A program made the translations under genes and the position numbers. From Candidatus Micrarchaeia archaeon (GTDB taxonomy: Archaea; Micrarchaeota; Micrarchaeia; Anstonellales; VGKX01): a stretch of DNA of 64,000 nt. Below the pieces are notes generated by a model. It saw only the letters and a program-made list of their open reading frames with translations, did not search any database and was not told where the DNA came from. Shown here piece by piece: positions 46,962-56,445 of this stretch; positions within the stretch are counted from its first letter, which is position 1; each line of letters opens with the position of its first letter. The DNA lies in assembly GCA_041650395.1 (NCBI GenBank), contig JBAZLG010000003.1, positions 310,917 to 374,916 of the forward strand, written 5' to 3'.

Positions 46962-48695
46962 ATGGGAAAAATAAGGTTCCTTGACAAGGAGACTATAAAC
47001 AAGATTGCCGCTGGCGAGGTAATAGAGAGGCCGGCCTCGATAGTGAAGGAGCTTGCCGAAAACGCGCTTGACGCCGGCGCAACTGAAATAGGCATAGAAG
47101 TGCGCGATGGCGGCAAGAGGTTCATCGCAGTTTCAGACAATGGCAGCGGCATGTCCGCGGAGGACGCGCGCGTGTGCGCCCTGTCCCACACCACAAGCAA
47201 GCTGTCAGACCTCTTCGACATCAGGACGCTTGGGTTCAGGGGCGAGGCCCTTGCAAGCATGGCGGCAGTCTCGCGCATGGGCATAACCACATGCGACGCC
47301 GAGGGCGAGAAAAAGGGCGCTGGCATGGAACTCGCGATAGAGGCGGGGGAGATCAAGTCCGAGAAAAAGGCCGGGCCAAGCGTCGGGACGCGCATAGTGG
47401 TCGAAGACCTGTTTTTCAACACGCCCGCGAGGAAAAAGCACCTCAAGGGCGCCGAGGTGGAGTTCCAGCACATCCTCTCCCTGGTCTCAAACTATTCCAT
47501 CGCATACCCCAAAGTTGTCTTCAGGCTGGTTTCCGACGGCAGGCAGGCGGTTGTGACTCCGAGGGCCGCAAGCATGAGGGACAGGATAACCACGGTCTGG
47601 GGCGCTGACATTGCAAAAAACCTCGTGCCCGTGTCGTACAAGGACGGGTTTTGCGCGATATCCGGGTTCCTTGGCAAGCCCTACATAACAAAGCCCGATA
47701 AGTCCATGCAGGTCATATTCGTCAATGGCAGGCTGGTGAAATCCGAAACCGTGTCGAAGGCGCTTGCGGAAGCGTACAAGACAATGCTGTTTTTGGACAG
47801 GCAGCCTGTCTGCGCGCTTGAATTCGAGATTGACTTCTCAAAGATAGACGTGAACGTGCATCCCCAGAAAAACATCATCAGGATAGAGAGGGAGGACCTG
47901 CTCTATAATGCCGTGTTCGAGGCAGTGAAGTCCGCATTCGCCGCGCAAAACCTCGTGCCTTCGGTAAGCCCCGACAATGTGACACGGTCAAGGGCAGTGG
48001 GGCAGTACGGCCTCGACAAGGGGACGCAAAGCACGCTTAGCGCCCGGACAGGCGAGGCGGTGGCGCACGCGCCCGCGACGGCCGACGCGCAGGCAAGGCT
48101 TGAATCGTTCATGCCAAAAAAGCTCGGCCAGCTTTTCATGCTAGGGCAGGCCAACAGGACATACCTGCTTGCGGCAACGCCGGAAGGGATTGCCATATTC
48201 GACCAGCACGCGGTCGAGGAGAGGGTGAATTTCGAGAAGTTCCTCTCGCAGGTGAAAGATTCAAGCGTGCAGAAAAACAGCCTGATTGCGCCCATTGTGC
48301 TCAATGTCGGCCCGGCAAAGGCCGCCGCGATAAGGCAGAACATGGAAAGCCTTGAGAGGCTTGGGATGGGCATTGTGCAAAAGGGCGAGGCGACTTTCGA
48401 GATAACCCACATGCCCCTGCTGCTTGGCATTCCCGGGAAAGACCTGGCAATGGAGCTGATTGCGGCTGTTGAGGACTCCAGGGGCACGCTCGAGGAAAGG
48501 ATAGAGGGGAAAATAGCCACAAAGGCCTGCCGCGCGTCGATAAAGGCGGGCGACATTCTTTCAATGCCCCAGATAAAGGAGCTTGTGCTTAGGCTTGACG
48601 CGTGCAAAAAGCCGTATACCTGCCCGCACGGGAGGCCAACCGGAATCAGGCTGACCTATGCAGACCTCGAGAAGAAGTTCAAAAGGGTGGAGTAG
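46962..48695 (+). CDS. mutL: DNA mismatch repair endonuclease MutL
   Basis: IAAGEVIERPASIVKEL.ENALDAGA, DNGSGM, TLGFRGEAL, DVNVHP, DQHAVEERVNFE, ACR, CPHGRP. Confidence 0.97.
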   Translation: MGKIRFLDKETINKIAAGEVIERPASIVKELAENALDAGATEIGIEVRDGGKRFIAVSDNGSGMSAEDARVCALSHTTSKLSDLFDIRTLGFRGEALASMAAVSRMGITTCDAEGEKKGAGMELAIEAGEIKSEKKAGPSVGTRIVVEDLFFNTPARKKHLKGAEVEFQHILSLVSNYSIAYPKVVFRLVSDGRQAVVTPRAASMRDRITTVWGADIAKNLVPVSYKDGFCAISGFLGKPYITKPDKSMQVIFVNGRLVKSETVSKALAEAYKTMLFLDRQPVCALEFEIDFSKIDVNVHPQKNIIRIEREDLLYNAVFEAVKSAFAAQNLVPSVSPDNVTRSRAVGQYGLDKGTQSTLSARTGEAVAHAPATADAQARLESFMPKKLGQLFMLGQANRTYLLAATPEGIAIFDQHAVEERVNFEKFLSQVKDSSVQKNSLIAPIVLNVGPAKAAAIRQNMESLERLGMGIVQKGEATFEITHMPLLLGIPGKDLAMELIAAVEDSRGTLEERIEGKIATKACRASIKAGDILSMPQIKELVLRLDACKKPYTCPHGRPTGIRLTYADLEKKFKRVE

Positions 48696-48702
48696 GGAAA
48701 AG

Positions 48703-49317
48703 TCAGGCGATTATCCCAAGGTGCGTGAGGAGTATCTGGAAGCCGATTAGCACGAGCACCAGCCCTCCGATTATTCCCGACCATTTCCCTCCGGCCTTTC
48801 CAAGCCTGTGCCCGAATTTCAACCCTATTGCCGAGAATATGAAGGCCACAACGCCAATTGCCGCAAGGTAAGAGAGGAAATCGCCGGTTATCAATGCCAG
48901 GGATATGCCCACTGCAAGGGCGTCTATGCTCGTGGCAACGGAGACCATGAGTATTGAGCGCAGGTTGGTGTCAACTGCAGGGCACGAATCGCTCATGTAC
49001 GACGAGTACGCCATTTTCAACCCTACATAGGAGAGCAGGCCGAACGCAATCCAGTGGTCCACTGCCGAGATGAGGGGCAATATGAACGCGCCTGCAAGAT
49101 AGCCTGTCCCGGTCATGCCCACCTGGAAAACTCCGAACGAGAGTGCTGGGAAATAGTAATTCAGGTAGCCCTGGCCGGAGCTGTCCGCGCTTGGATGTGC
49201 GGGCCTGGCCTTGCGCCCAATGGCTACTGCCTGGGCATTTTGCGACATGCCTATGCACACTGAAACTGCGAAACAGTCGGCCGCAAGCCCGAGTGCGACG
49301 GCAAGTTGGGTTAACAT
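48703..49317 (-). CDS. mntP: Manganese efflux pump MntP
   Basis: ALGLAADCFAVS, FGVFQ, DHWIAF.LL..VG.KM, ATSIDALAVG, GG.VL..IG. Confidence 0.92.
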   Translation of the reverse strand: MLTQLAVALGLAADCFAVSVCIGMSQNAQAVAIGRKARPAHPSADSSGQGYLNYYFPALSFGVFQVGMTGTGYLAGAFILPLISAVDHWIAFGLLSYVGLKMAYSSYMSDSCPAVDTNLRSILMVSVATSIDALAVGISLALITGDFLSYLAAIGVVAFIFSAIGLKFGHRLGKAGGKWSGIIGGLVLVLIGFQILLTHLGIIA

Positions 49318-49469
49318 GGGTTGGGATTTGGGAAACCGGGATTAAAAAAGCAGATGGAATTGATACCTCCAAAATGGCATTTCAGCCCAAAAAACAGATA
49401 ATAATAAACACCTTGCGCGGGTAATAAATAAACGCGGTTCTGGCAATCAAGGAGCCAGAAGGCGGGCAT

Positions 49470-50120
49470 ATGCGACAAACCATAAACAAGGTACTAACTA
49501 ACATGCCGGGGCAGAAAACCGAGCCTGCCGGGGACAATGGCCAGGGCATTTTCAGCAGGATGCAAAAAAAAGGCATAGAAAAGGCATGGGCCGACCTGCA
49601 CATACTCGAGACCAGGCAGTTCTCCACATGGCTCAAGAAAGTCGGCGCGTGCCAGGGATGCGCAATACGCGTAAGCGTCAATGACAAAAGGACGCAGATG
49701 AGCGTGGAGCAAGGCCCCGAGTCCGCTATAGCGTTTTTTGACAATAACATAGTGCCATTGAACGGCAAGGCCGTGCTCGTGGCGAAAATGCGGATGGGCG
49801 AGGAGGTCGCGGTGCCTGCAGGCGACGGCTACAGCTACACCATAGCCAGGGGCGTTGCCGGCTACGCGCTTTATGAAAACGACCTCCAGTACTCGCTTGA
49901 CAAGTGCGAGATTTCAAGGGAAGGCGCGAAAAACGCCGATGGGTTCACGTCAAAGCTGCTTGCTGAATTCGACAGGATACGCATTGAAAGGGAAAGCATG
50001 CGCCTTGCCTACGCCTCCCTTGGCGGAACCGGGCTAAGGCAGAACAAGATTATGAAAAGCATGCTGGACGTGCTTGGCAAGGTAAAGGCGGCAATAGATT
50101 CTGCAATGGAAAACCAGTGA
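49470..50120 (+). CDS. Hypothetical protein (216 aa)
   Basis: Best ORF in the gap; no recognisable motif. Confidence 0.6.
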   Translation: MRQTINKVLTNMPGQKTEPAGDNGQGIFSRMQKKGIEKAWADLHILETRQFSTWLKKVGACQGCAIRVSVNDKRTQMSVEQGPESAIAFFDNNIVPLNGKAVLVAKMRMGEEVAVPAGDGYSYTIARGVAGYALYENDLQYSLDKCEISREGAKNADGFTSKLLAEFDRIRIERESMRLAYASLGGTGLRQNKIMKSMLDVLGKVKAAIDSAMENQ

Positions 50121-50222
50121 GGCGGGAGTGCCACAGGATGAAGGCCGCTCTGCATCGGGCATCCGGCGAACAAGCCGCGCGTGGCAGGCGGGCTTGAAAA
50201 ACTTAGCCGATTCCCCGCCTGT

Positions 50223-51941
50223 TTAGAACCTGTCCCGCCTGGTGTAACTCGTGTGCAGGAGCATCTCCGCCTTTTCAGAGCCGGGATGGTCGAGGAACTC
50301 CGAGTATATCCGCTTCACTACGGGGTTTTCATGCGAGCGGCGCAGGGGCAGCTGCCTGTCGGCCAGGTAAATCGCCTCCGCGCGCTTTTGCAATGTGTCT
50401 GGAGCCTGGTAAATGGGCTGCCCGCCGCCGCCGATGCACCCTCCGGGGCATGCCATCATTTCTATGAACTGGTAATCGTCTTTAACTTCAAGGAGTTTCC
50501 TTATGTTCATGCCCCCGCTGGCGCAGGCGAATTTCACTTCCTTGCCCTTGATTTGAATGGAGCCTTCCTTGATGCCTTTCATGCCCCTTAGCTGGTCGAA
50601 CTCGAGCCTCGATACTGCCTTGCCCTCCGCGAACTCATAGGCGGTCCTCAATGCGGCTTCCATGACCCCGCCGGAAGCGCCAAACACTGCGCCCGCGCCT
50701 GTGGACACGCCAAGCGCCGGGTCGAAGTTCTCGTCTGGGAGCTTGGCGAAGTCGACCTTGTTCATCTTGATGAGCCTGCCAAGCTCGCGAGTGGTGAGCA
50801 CGTAATCCACCGCGGAAGCCATTTCATCCCGCGTGGACTCGAATTTCTTGGCAGTGCAGGGCATGATGCTCACGACCACGATGTCCTTCGGCTTTATGCC
50901 CGCCTTTTTCGCCCAATATGTCTTTGTGAGCATGCCAAGCATCTCGTGCGGGCTCTTGCACGTGGACATGTGCGGGAACAGGTCCGGGAAGAAATGCTCC
51001 ATCATCAGTATCCATGCTGGGCAGCAGGTGGTAATCATCGGGAAAGTGCCGCCGCGCTCGAACCGCCTTAGGAATTCGGACGCCTCCTCCATTATGGTCA
51101 TGTCGGCGCCGAGGTTGACGTCGAATACATAGTCGAAGCCAAGCCGCCGCAGGGATGATACCATCTTGCCGGTCACAAGCGCGCCCGCGCCCATGCCGAA
51201 AAGCTCGCCAAGCGCCGCCCTGATTGAAGGCGCTGTCTGCGCCACTACGACTTTTGAATCGTCCGCGAGCGCCTCCCTGACCTCTTCAATGTGCGACCTC
51301 TCGGAAATGGCGCCTACGGGGCAGTTGAGTATGCACTGGCCGCACCTGATGCATGCCACGTCCGCCAGGTGCTTGCCGCCATAGGGCGAGACGTGCTCGC
51401 TGTAGCCCCTGCTTGAGAAATCTATGGCGTAAACGCCCTGTATTTCCGCGCAGACCTTGACGCACCTGCCGCAGTTTATGCACTTGTTGTTGTCGCGTAT
51501 CACGGAGCTGCCAAGGTCGGGCTTGTAATTCTTGAGGACTTCGAAGCGCGTGAACTCTATGCCCACCTCGTTGTAAACGCCGCAAATCTCATTGTCGTCC
51601 GTGACGGAGCACGACTGCGGCTTTGGAATCATCAGGTTGATGTTGAGCTGCCGTGCCCTCTTCACCCTCTCGTTTGAAGTGTTGACTACAGAGCCCTGCC
51701 TAGGCCTTGTCGAGCATGCGGGCACGAGTTTCCCGTCCATCTCGACCATGCAAATCCTGCACCTGCTTTCAGGGAACAGGCTCGCGTGGTAGCAAAGAGT
51801 AGGGATTTTGATTCCCTTTTCCTTGCATATGTCAAGCAATGTCTTCGAGCCGTCGACCTGCACGCCTGCCCCGTCAAGGGTTATTTCCATGGGCCTTGGC
51901 GCCGCGTCCTTGCCGCCGTCGGGTTCTATCCTGATTTTCAT
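50223..51941 (-). CDS. hydA: [FeFe]-hydrogenase group A catalytic subunit (HydA)
   Basis: H-cluster motifs TTCCPAW, MPCTAKKFE, EMMACPGGCIGGGGQP; N-terminal [2Fe-2S] Cys set and two CxxCxxCxxxC; C-terminal RRSHENP...LLHT.Y. Start ATG 51941 (or TTG 51965). Confidence 0.96.
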   Translation of the reverse strand: MKIRIEPDGGKDAAPRPMEITLDGAGVQVDGSKTLLDICKEKGIKIPTLCYHASLFPESRCRICMVEMDGKLVPACSTRPRQGSVVNTSNERVKRARQLNINLMIPKPQSCSVTDDNEICGVYNEVGIEFTRFEVLKNYKPDLGSSVIRDNNKCINCGRCVKVCAEIQGVYAIDFSSRGYSEHVSPYGGKHLADVACIRCGQCILNCPVGAISERSHIEEVREALADDSKVVVAQTAPSIRAALGELFGMGAGALVTGKMVSSLRRLGFDYVFDVNLGADMTIMEEASEFLRRFERGGTFPMITTCCPAWILMMEHFFPDLFPHMSTCKSPHEMLGMLTKTYWAKKAGIKPKDIVVVSIMPCTAKKFESTRDEMASAVDYVLTTRELGRLIKMNKVDFAKLPDENFDPALGVSTGAGAVFGASGGVMEAALRTAYEFAEGKAVSRLEFDQLRGMKGIKEGSIQIKGKEVKFACASGGMNIRKLLEVKDDYQFIEMMACPGGCIGGGGQPIYQAPDTLQKRAEAIYLADRQLPLRRSHENPVVKRIYSEFLDHPGSEKAEMLLHTSYTRRDRF

Positions 51942-51965
51942 GTGGGTTCTCCGCCTTGCCGCCAA

Positions 51966-53099
51966 TCACGCTTTTGTCGGTTTTTTCTTGAGGTATTCGA
52001 TGTAATCGGGCATGAAATGCTCAAGCCCCGTGAGTATGTGGTTGCCCGCCGACTGCCCAAGGCCGCAGATGCTTGTGTCCTGTATGTGCCTTGCAAGCTC
52101 TTTCAGGTCAGCGAGGTCTTTCACCTCGCCCTTCCCGGACCTGATTTTCTTGAGGAAGTCGAGCACCCTGATAGTCCCTTCCCTGCAGGGCGTGCACTTG
52201 CCGCAGGACTCGTAGGTGTAGAATTTCGCAATGCTGTAGGATATGTCCACTATGTTCTGCTTCTCGTCTATGAATATTACGGAGTATGCGCCGTGCTGGC
52301 AGTTTTCCTTGCAAATCATGTCCGATGTTATGGAGGCGCCGTAGTCGACCGGCATTATCCCCCCAAAACAGCCAAACGACATAGCCTTGAGCCTGTTCTT
52401 GGGCCTTGCGATGTCGACCACGGTGGACATCTTCACTCCAAGCGGGAATTCGTACACTCCGGGGTTTGTGATGTTCCCGGAAAGCGAGAACATGCGCATG
52501 TCCGGGTTCCAGTCGTCATAGAGCATGGCCTGCGCGGCGCACGTGAGGGTCTCGACGTTGTTTATCACAGTCGGCTTGCCCCAGAGACCGTGGACTGTGG
52601 GGTGCGAGTCGTCCGGGCAGCCGCGGAATCCCATGATAGACTGGACAATGGCCGTCTTTTCCCCGCACACGTATGCCCCGGCGCCCCTGACAATCTCGAT
52701 GGACACGTCCATGCCGGACTTCGCCACTACGTCGTCGACGTGCTCCTGAAGCCTCTCGCGCAGGTAGCCATATTCCCCGCGCAGGTAGATGAACGCCCTT
52801 TTCGCCCCTATGGCGTATGCGCATATCAGCATCCCCTCGACCATTGTGCGGGGATTGTGCATTATGATGAACTTGTCCTTGAAAGTCCCAGGCTCCCCCT
52901 CGTCCGCATTGCAGATTATGAACCTCTCGTCCGCTTGCGCGGCCCTGCACGCGCGCCATTTCCTGCCGGTTGGGTAGGCGGCGCCGCCCCTGCCCACAAG
53001 ACCTTTTTTCTCTATGAGCGCGATAACTTCCTCCGGCTGCATGGCTTTCGCCTTGTCAAGCGCGTACATGTTCGTCTGCCTTAGGATTTGCATAACCAT
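51966..53099 (-). CDS. hydB: NuoF-like diaphorase subunit (HydB), minimal form
   Basis: GRGGAAYPTG.KW, CNADEGEPGTFKD, GAGAYVCGEKTA, INNVET, ESCGKCTPCREG...SICGLG. Confidence 0.93.
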   Translation of the reverse strand: MVMQILRQTNMYALDKAKAMQPEEVIALIEKKGLVGRGGAAYPTGRKWRACRAAQADERFIICNADEGEPGTFKDKFIIMHNPRTMVEGMLICAYAIGAKRAFIYLRGEYGYLRERLQEHVDDVVAKSGMDVSIEIVRGAGAYVCGEKTAIVQSIMGFRGCPDDSHPTVHGLWGKPTVINNVETLTCAAQAMLYDDWNPDMRMFSLSGNITNPGVYEFPLGVKMSTVVDIARPKNRLKAMSFGCFGGIMPVDYGASITSDMICKENCQHGAYSVIFIDEKQNIVDISYSIAKFYTYESCGKCTPCREGTIRVLDFLKKIRSGKGEVKDLADLKELARHIQDTSICGLGQSAGNHILTGLEHFMPDYIEYLKKKPTKA

Positions 53100-53118
53100 C
53101 AACTATTGTTCCTGCGGC

Positions 53119-53574
53119 TCACTTGCGCTTTTTCTGCCCCGGCTTTTCGGAGGGCTTCGCAGCCTTTTCCCTGAATTTCCTGATTACCTGGAGAATGCGC
53201 TCCTCGCTCAGCTTGGTATGCGGGACGCCATTGACAAGCATGGCGGGAGCCTCGTCGCAGCAGCCTATGCACGACGTCTTGTAAAGCGAGAACATCCCGT
53301 CCTTTGTGGTCTTGCCGAACTTTGCCCCAAGCTCCTTTTCAAGGAACTTCTCCATTGTCATGCCGTTGTTTAGCACGCATGACGGGGAGCCGCATATCTC
53401 AATCACGTTCTTGCCCTGCGGCTCGGTCTTAAGCATTGTATAGAACTTGGCAGTGCCCCAGACCTGCGAGATTGGAATGTCCAGGTCTATCGCTATCTGC
53501 TTGAGAGCGTGCTCCGACAGGTAGCCGTGCCTCTCCTGCGCGTCATGGAGGACATTGAGTAGTATTTTCGCCAT
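53119..53574 (-). CDS. hydC: NuoE-like [2Fe-2S] subunit (HydC)
   Basis: LHDAQERHGYL, FY, C-x4-C (CGSPSC), SCIGCCDEAP. Confidence 0.93.
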   Translation of the reverse strand: MAKILLNVLHDAQERHGYLSEHALKQIAIDLDIPISQVWGTAKFYTMLKTEPQGKNVIEICGSPSCVLNNGMTMEKFLEKELGAKFGKTTKDGMFSLYKTSCIGCCDEAPAMLVNGVPHTKLSEERILQVIRKFREKAAKPSEKPGQKKRK

Positions 53575-53726
53575 TTTCTCTCACCCATCGGAAACAACCG
53601 GCACGTCGTATTTAACGTTTGATTGGGCGGCTTTTAAACATGGCAGTCAATTGATACCCGCGAGGTAGCAATTTGGCAGGAAAAGAAGCTGCAGTGGCGA
53701 AAAGGCGGAAAAAGAACAGGGGAAAA

Positions 53727-54557
53727 TCAGGCTGGGGCGGGCATTTGGGCCGCAGGCTGCCTGCGCACAGGCAAGAAGCGGTTGAAGGCCGGCACGAGAA
53801 GGTTTGACGCCAGCAGCGCGACAAGAATCCCGTCAATCGAGAAAGGCAGGCTTGGCGACACGTAGCCGAACGCCAGGTTGAATGCCACCACGAAAATGCC
53901 CTGCGCAACAAGCGCGTTCCTTGAATAGCACGAGGTCTTAGGGTCTGTCAGCATGATGCCTGCGAAAAACGAGAACCCGAGCACTGCCGCAAGCATCTGC
54001 GCGTTTAGAAGGGACGCCGGGCCGAGGTATGCGGCAGATACCAGCAGGGTGCCTGCAAGGAACGCGAGGGTGATGGGCAGCTTGCCGATTTTCCAGCCTG
54101 CCGCTATGGCAAGCGCGGCTGCTATGAAACTTGCAGGTGCGGATATTGAGAGGCCCGCTGCCCACCAGCTGTCTGATGACTGGAATATAACCGCGGATGC
54201 GAGGAGCCCGAACGCCGCAGGGTTGAAAATTGGCCTTTTCATGTATGTGACAAGGTGCTTTGCGGCAATGGCAAGCGCCGCTGCTGCGACTGCAGACAGC
54301 GGGCCTGACGGGTAAATCACAAGAGAAATGATAAGGCCTGTGATAAGCCCGCTTTTGGGGAAAGCGTCCCTGCCTTTTAGGAACCTGTAGGCAAGATAGT
54401 CAAGCGCGAGAGCAGTAATTGGCGCCAGGACAAGCTGCCATGAAACAGCCCCGAACCCGTAATAGAGCCCTATGGCTGCGCAAACCGCAAGCGCGGCTAT
54501 GGTATAGTCATAGACGTTTATCGACTTGAATTTTTTTACAATGTCCAAGCAAAGCAC
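53727..54557 (-). CDS. Stand-alone NqrB/RnfD-family membrane protein
   Basis: SGLITGLI, AIAAKH, IFNPAAFG, SWW, MLTDPKT in a multi-TM protein. Confidence 0.8.
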   Translation of the reverse strand: MLCLDIVKKFKSINVYDYTIAALAVCAAIGLYYGFGAVSWQLVLAPITALALDYLAYRFLKGRDAFPKSGLITGLIISLVIYPSGPLSAVAAAALAIAAKHLVTYMKRPIFNPAAFGLLASAVIFQSSDSWWAAGLSISAPASFIAAALAIAAGWKIGKLPITLAFLAGTLLVSAAYLGPASLLNAQMLAAVLGFSFFAGIMLTDPKTSCYSRNALVAQGIFVVAFNLAFGYVSPSLPFSIDGILVALLASNLLVPAFNRFLPVRRQPAAQMPAPA

Positions 54558-54652
54558 CAGTCAGGCCCCAATGCCTGCAATGTATGGCAAGGCAGCTGAT
54601 ATATTACCCTGCCTAGCCATGGCCGGATGGGAAAAAAGGAAAAAAAGGGATG

Positions 54653-55144
54653 TCAGCCCGGGACCACGTAGCCGCTTGGGTCAACTATGACAAAGCTGTC
54701 GTCGCCAAAGGACGTCTCTCCGTTTGGCTGCGGGTCGTCGCCATAGCTTGTCTCTATTATGTAGAGCGAATAGCCCGGCTTGAGGCTTACCTGCGATGTC
54801 TGCCCTGTCCTTGCCACTGTGAGGTTCACAAGGATTGAGCCGTCAGCCTGCTGTTCCTGCGAAATGCCAAAGCCGCTCATCGCCCTTTTCGCAGCGTCGC
54901 TAAGCCCGCCGGGGGCTATCTGGAGAGCGTATGGCGCGTATGGCTCGTCGGAAAGTTTCACGGCGTTTGGGGCGGGGAGGCCCTGGGAGCCTGCGCCCGC
55001 CTGCGTGCCTGCCCCTGTTGCCGCATTGGGGGCCATGGACGAGGCGTGCTGGCTTGCAGCCTGCTGGGTGTTGCCTGTGCCTGTGCAGCCGAATATCAGC
55101 AGCATGCCCACTAGTATCGCTATTATGAAGTTCTTCATTTGCAT
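54653..55144 (-). CDS. Putative lipoprotein
   Basis: Signal ending LLIFGC, low-complexity linker, globular C-domain with acidic DD motifs. Confidence 0.75.
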   Translation of the reverse strand: MQMKNFIIAILVGMLLIFGCTGTGNTQQAASQHASSMAPNAATGAGTQAGAGSQGLPAPNAVKLSDEPYAPYALQIAPGGLSDAAKRAMSGFGISQEQQADGSILVNLTVARTGQTSQVSLKPGYSLYIIETSYGDDPQPNGETSFGDDSFVIVDPSGYVVPG

Positions 55145-55173
55145 GCACCTCTTTACGTTGGTTATGTAAGGCT

Positions 55174-55205
55174 AATGTAACCTTAAGGAAAATAAGGTTT
55201 AAAAT
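55174..55205 (-). promoter_or_regulatory. TATA box plus shared 13-mer operator candidate
   Basis: AATGTAACCTTAA at 55174-55186 next to GTTTAAAA; same arrangement at 57548-57577. Confidence 0.55.
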
Positions 55206-55270
55206 ACTACCTAAAGAGTATCAATTGAAGGAGGGAAGAATCCTGCGGCGGAAAGCCGGAAAAGCGTGCG

Positions 55271-55849
55271 TCAGTTTTTCTTCGCGTATTTCGCCTTAAG
55301 CGCTTCAATCCTGTCAAGCACTGCCTGTTCCGGCTTGTGGAGCCTTTCGCCAAGTTCGTAATATTTCCCAAAGGAATACGCAAGCGGCCGCTTTTCCTTG
55401 TCAGTGGATATGTCCACTATCTCGCCTATGAACATGGCATGGTCGCCAAGCTCCTTGATTTCAACGAGCCTGCACTCGATATTGGTGGCAGCGCCCCCGA
55501 CCATGAGGGCCCCGATTTTCCTGCCTGGATAGAAATTGCAGCCAAGCTCCTTGAGGACTGAAACCTTGTCGACCTCGTGGCCCGAACTCCCGCCTGCCAC
55601 GCTTGCAATCACGTTCTGGCCGGAAGCCGCCATGCTTATGCCGAATTCCTTGGAGGCTGTTATGTTCTGCGACGTGGCCTTGCCAGTCTTGTTCCCGCCG
55701 ACATGGACAGCCATGAGCGCAGGCGACCATGAAACGTAATACGTCCATTCCGCAGCCATTATGTCATGGCCGTTGGGGCCGTGGCTTGTTATCAGCCCGA
55801 CGCCGGTCACGAACTTGCTTGCCAGCTCATTTCCCCATCCTAGGTCCAT
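55271..55849 (-). CDS. Flavin reductase-like FMN-binding split-barrel protein
   Basis: FVTGVGLIT, M.AEW...VSW.P, NI..SKEFG, IEC.L.....GDH.MFIGEI. Confidence 0.9.
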   Translation of the reverse strand: MDLGWGNELASKFVTGVGLITSHGPNGHDIMAAEWTYYVSWSPALMAVHVGGNKTGKATSQNITASKEFGISMAASGQNVIASVAGGSSGHEVDKVSVLKELGCNFYPGRKIGALMVGGAATNIECRLVEIKELGDHAMFIGEIVDISTDKEKRPLAYSFGKYYELGERLHKPEQAVLDRIEALKAKYAKKN

Positions 55850-55885
55850 TAGAAACGCCTCTCAAATCCGCGCGGCAGGGGCAGG

Positions 55886-56329
55886 TCAATTTACAATTAC
55901 CTTTCCCCTCATGCCCGGATGTATAGTGCAATAATAGTCATAAGTTCCGCTTGAATTGAACTGGTAGCTCCACGAACTCCCGGCGGGGATGTTGCCTGAA
56001 TTGAAAATCCCGGAAGTTGAAGTGGCAGTGTGCGCCACAGGGTCGCTGTTTGACCATGTAACAACCGTGCCCGCTGGCACCGTGATTTCCGCAGGCGAGA
56101 ACGCAAAGCCGCCTATGTCGACGCGGGCCTGCGCCGAAGGCGCGCCTGCGGGCTGGGGCGGCTGCGGGATAGCGCCATTGCCAGGCTGCCCGGAATCAGG
56201 CGGCGCGGGCGGCATTGCGCCCTGCCCCGTGTTTTGCGCGCCGGGCTGTTGGGGCGCGGCCTGGCCGCCAGTGCAGCCAAAAAGCAGGATTGCGGAAATA
56301 ATCAGCACGAATAAAAACCATTTGCCCAT
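55886..56329 (-). CDS. Cupredoxin (amicyanin/plastocyanin-like) lipoprotein
   Basis: LLFGC signal; FAFSP...GT.VTW.N.D...HT; YYCTIHPGM supplies His/Cys/His/Met type-1 Cu ligands. Confidence 0.92.
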   Translation of the reverse strand: MGKWFLFVLIISAILLFGCTGGQAAPQQPGAQNTGQGAMPPAPPDSGQPGNGAIPQPPQPAGAPSAQARVDIGGFAFSPAEITVPAGTVVTWSNSDPVAHTATSTSGIFNSGNIPAGSSWSYQFNSSGTYDYYCTIHPGMRGKVIVN

Positions 56330-56445
56330 TGGAACCACCTTCCGTTTGCTTAAAGGTATATTCCACTAAGTTTATAGCAATTTGGTCTGGAAAAAATAGG
56401 GAAATAAGCAGGGGAGCAAAAAACCCAAAAAGGAAAAAACAGGGC

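Noticed and set aside
49318..49469. yybP-ykoY Mn riboswitch upstream of mntP
   Set aside because: No riboswitch consensus visible; a TATA-like TTTTTTAAT lies about 25 nt from the start codon, implying a leaderless transcript.
51966..53574. Respiratory complex I NuoE/NuoF
   Set aside because: Directly coupled to an H-cluster protein and no other nuo genes are present; these are hydrogenase subunits.
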